Source: Acidobacteriaceae bacterium
GTDB taxonomy: Bacteria > Acidobacteriota > Terriglobia > Terriglobales > Acidobacteriaceae
Reading direction: 5' to 3'
NCBI GenBank assembly: GCA_036272255.1
Contig: DATAZC010000034.1
Coordinates: 716-64,715, forward strand
DNA: 64,000 nt
The position numbers and the translations under genes are program-made. The notes below the pieces were generated by a model that saw only the letters and a program-made list of their open reading frames with translations, had not been told where the DNA came from and ran no database searches. Positions 63,114 through 64,000 of the stretch are shown piece after piece (positions within the stretch are counted from its first letter, which is position 1; every line of letters begins with the position of its first letter).

Positions 63114-64000
63114 TCACCACGCCAGGGTGGTAATGGAATTCTTCGCCAGCTTGATCGTCAGCGACTGATCGTGCAGGCTGCACTGAACCTGCTGATCATG
63201 GCCCTGATTGGTCAGAATCAAAACGCGGCTGCCGTCGGGGTTTTCTGCAGCAACATGGTCGATTCCCGGCACGTCTCCCCACGAAGCAAAGATTCGCGCT
63301 CCTGGACGGATGGCCTTCGAGTAGTGCGCGAAGGCGTGGGACTGGCCGCTGCGCGTGATCGCATGCGTCTTCGAGTTGAGGGTGAGCACACCACCGCAGG
63401 AAAACGGACCAAGGTCCGGCCGCCCATTTTCGTCGAGAACAAGATTCCAGCTCACAATGCACCTGGCCCAGTTTCGTAGAATCTCCGTGAACGTCCCGGA
63501 CCATTGAGCCCAGTTCGTTGCATAGTCGGGTTCGGTGTAATCCGGGCCGCCTTCTGTCCAGTACGCATTCTTCGAGGGAAACATGTCGTGGACGCGAGTC
63601 ATAGCATCGGGAGATCCCACGTATCCGTGCCATGCCACTCCGTCGACATAGCGGTAGACCTCCGGATCGCTCAGTTCATCGACCGCGCGGCCCCACAGGC
63701 TGTAGTTGTGATCGAGGATCCAGATCTTCGTATTGAGGGATGCCTGCTGCAGCGCCGGACCAAGGTGCTCTTTCACAAACGCCATCTCATATTCCTGGCC
63801 CCACATTGCCTGCGGCATCCGTCCATCCTGATCCGTGTCCACCTCATTCTGGATGGAGACGGCCTGAATCTTCACGCCCTCGGCCGCGTATCCCTGTAGA
63901 AACTTCACGAAGTACTGAGCGTAAGCCGGGAAATAATGATTGCGCATGGAACCGCCAAGCAGGGAACCACCTGCCTTCATCCAGCCCGGAGGGCTCCACG
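63114..64000 (-). CDS. GH30-family glycoside hydrolase (glucosylceramidase/xylanase-like), 5' end outside window
   Basis: AVSIQNEVD is acid/base Glu context and NAYWTEGGPDY is nucleophile Glu context. The frame stays open upstream of Met 63980 (WSPPGWMKAGG) to the window edge. Confidence 0.8.
   Translation of the reverse strand, partial: WSPPGWMKAGGSLLGGSMRNHYFPAYAQYFVKFLQGYAAEGVKIQAVSIQNEVDTDQDGRMPQAMWGQEYEMAFVKEHLGPALQQASLNTKIWILDHNYSLWGRAVDELSDPEVYRYVDGVAWHGYVGSPDAMTRVHDMFPSKNAYWTEGGPDYTEPDYATNWAQWSGTFTEILRNWARCIVSWNLVLDENGRPDLGPFSCGGVLTLNSKTHAITRSGQSHAFAHYSKAIRPGARIFASWGDVPGIDHVAAENPDGSRVLILTNQGHDQQVQCSLHDQSLTIKLAKNSITTLAW

Noticed and set aside
1-64000. CRISPR arrays, rRNA and tRNA genes, IS elements, prophage genes
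   Set aside because: I noticed no regularly spaced direct repeats, no cloverleaf-like or rRNA-like stretches in the few intergenic regions, and no transposase, integrase, capsid or terminase-like ORFs.

Overview
High-GC, GC3-rich chromosomal segment. The gene content suggests an Acidobacteriota (Terriglobia-like) genome: CarboxypepD_reg-type TonB-dependent receptors, many LacI regulators and many glycoside hydrolases. That assignment is inference only. I support about 36 protein-coding genes. I saw no rRNA, tRNA, CRISPR array, transposase, integrase or phage gene. About two thirds of the window is carbohydrate-utilisation machinery: 2 giant outer-membrane receptors, 4 LacI regulators, a ROK regulator and a ROK kinase. 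It also holds GH2 x2, GH18, GH30, GH116 and GH127-like enzymes, 3 sugar permeases, ribokinase, a SIS isomerase and a ThuA pair. The stand-out is a 21,051-nt, six-gene, same-strand operon at 12593-33643 encoding proteins of 216, 3390, 607, 352, 1368 and 1053 aa. It sits between two LacI/receptor/GH modules. Its genes are joined by ATGA or short overlaps. None has a cleavable signal peptide, ATPase motif, secretion-system gene or mobile-element gene, and I could place most of it in no family. The recognisable pieces are few: an N-terminal membrane anchor with a polyproline linker in gene A, and a BNR/Asp-box propeller with two Ig-like domains in gene F. The giant gene B adds tandem 'GSGT-xx-DPW' modules, a lipase-like alpha/beta-hydrolase core with an unusual AHSTA nucleophile elbow, and a hydrophobic beta-rich block resembling what I recall as DUF6603. 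I flag this operon as the candidate undescribed system. Secondary observations: a frameshift-split pectate-lyase-fold gene whose junction sits on a T5 run, and an MFS permease gene interrupted by an in-frame TAA. Near-identical palindromic operator candidates lie in front of both receptor genes, one beside a consensus TTGACA-N17-TATATT promoter. Both ROK proteins lack the zinc motif. All family calls rest on motifs read by eye, since no searches could be run.
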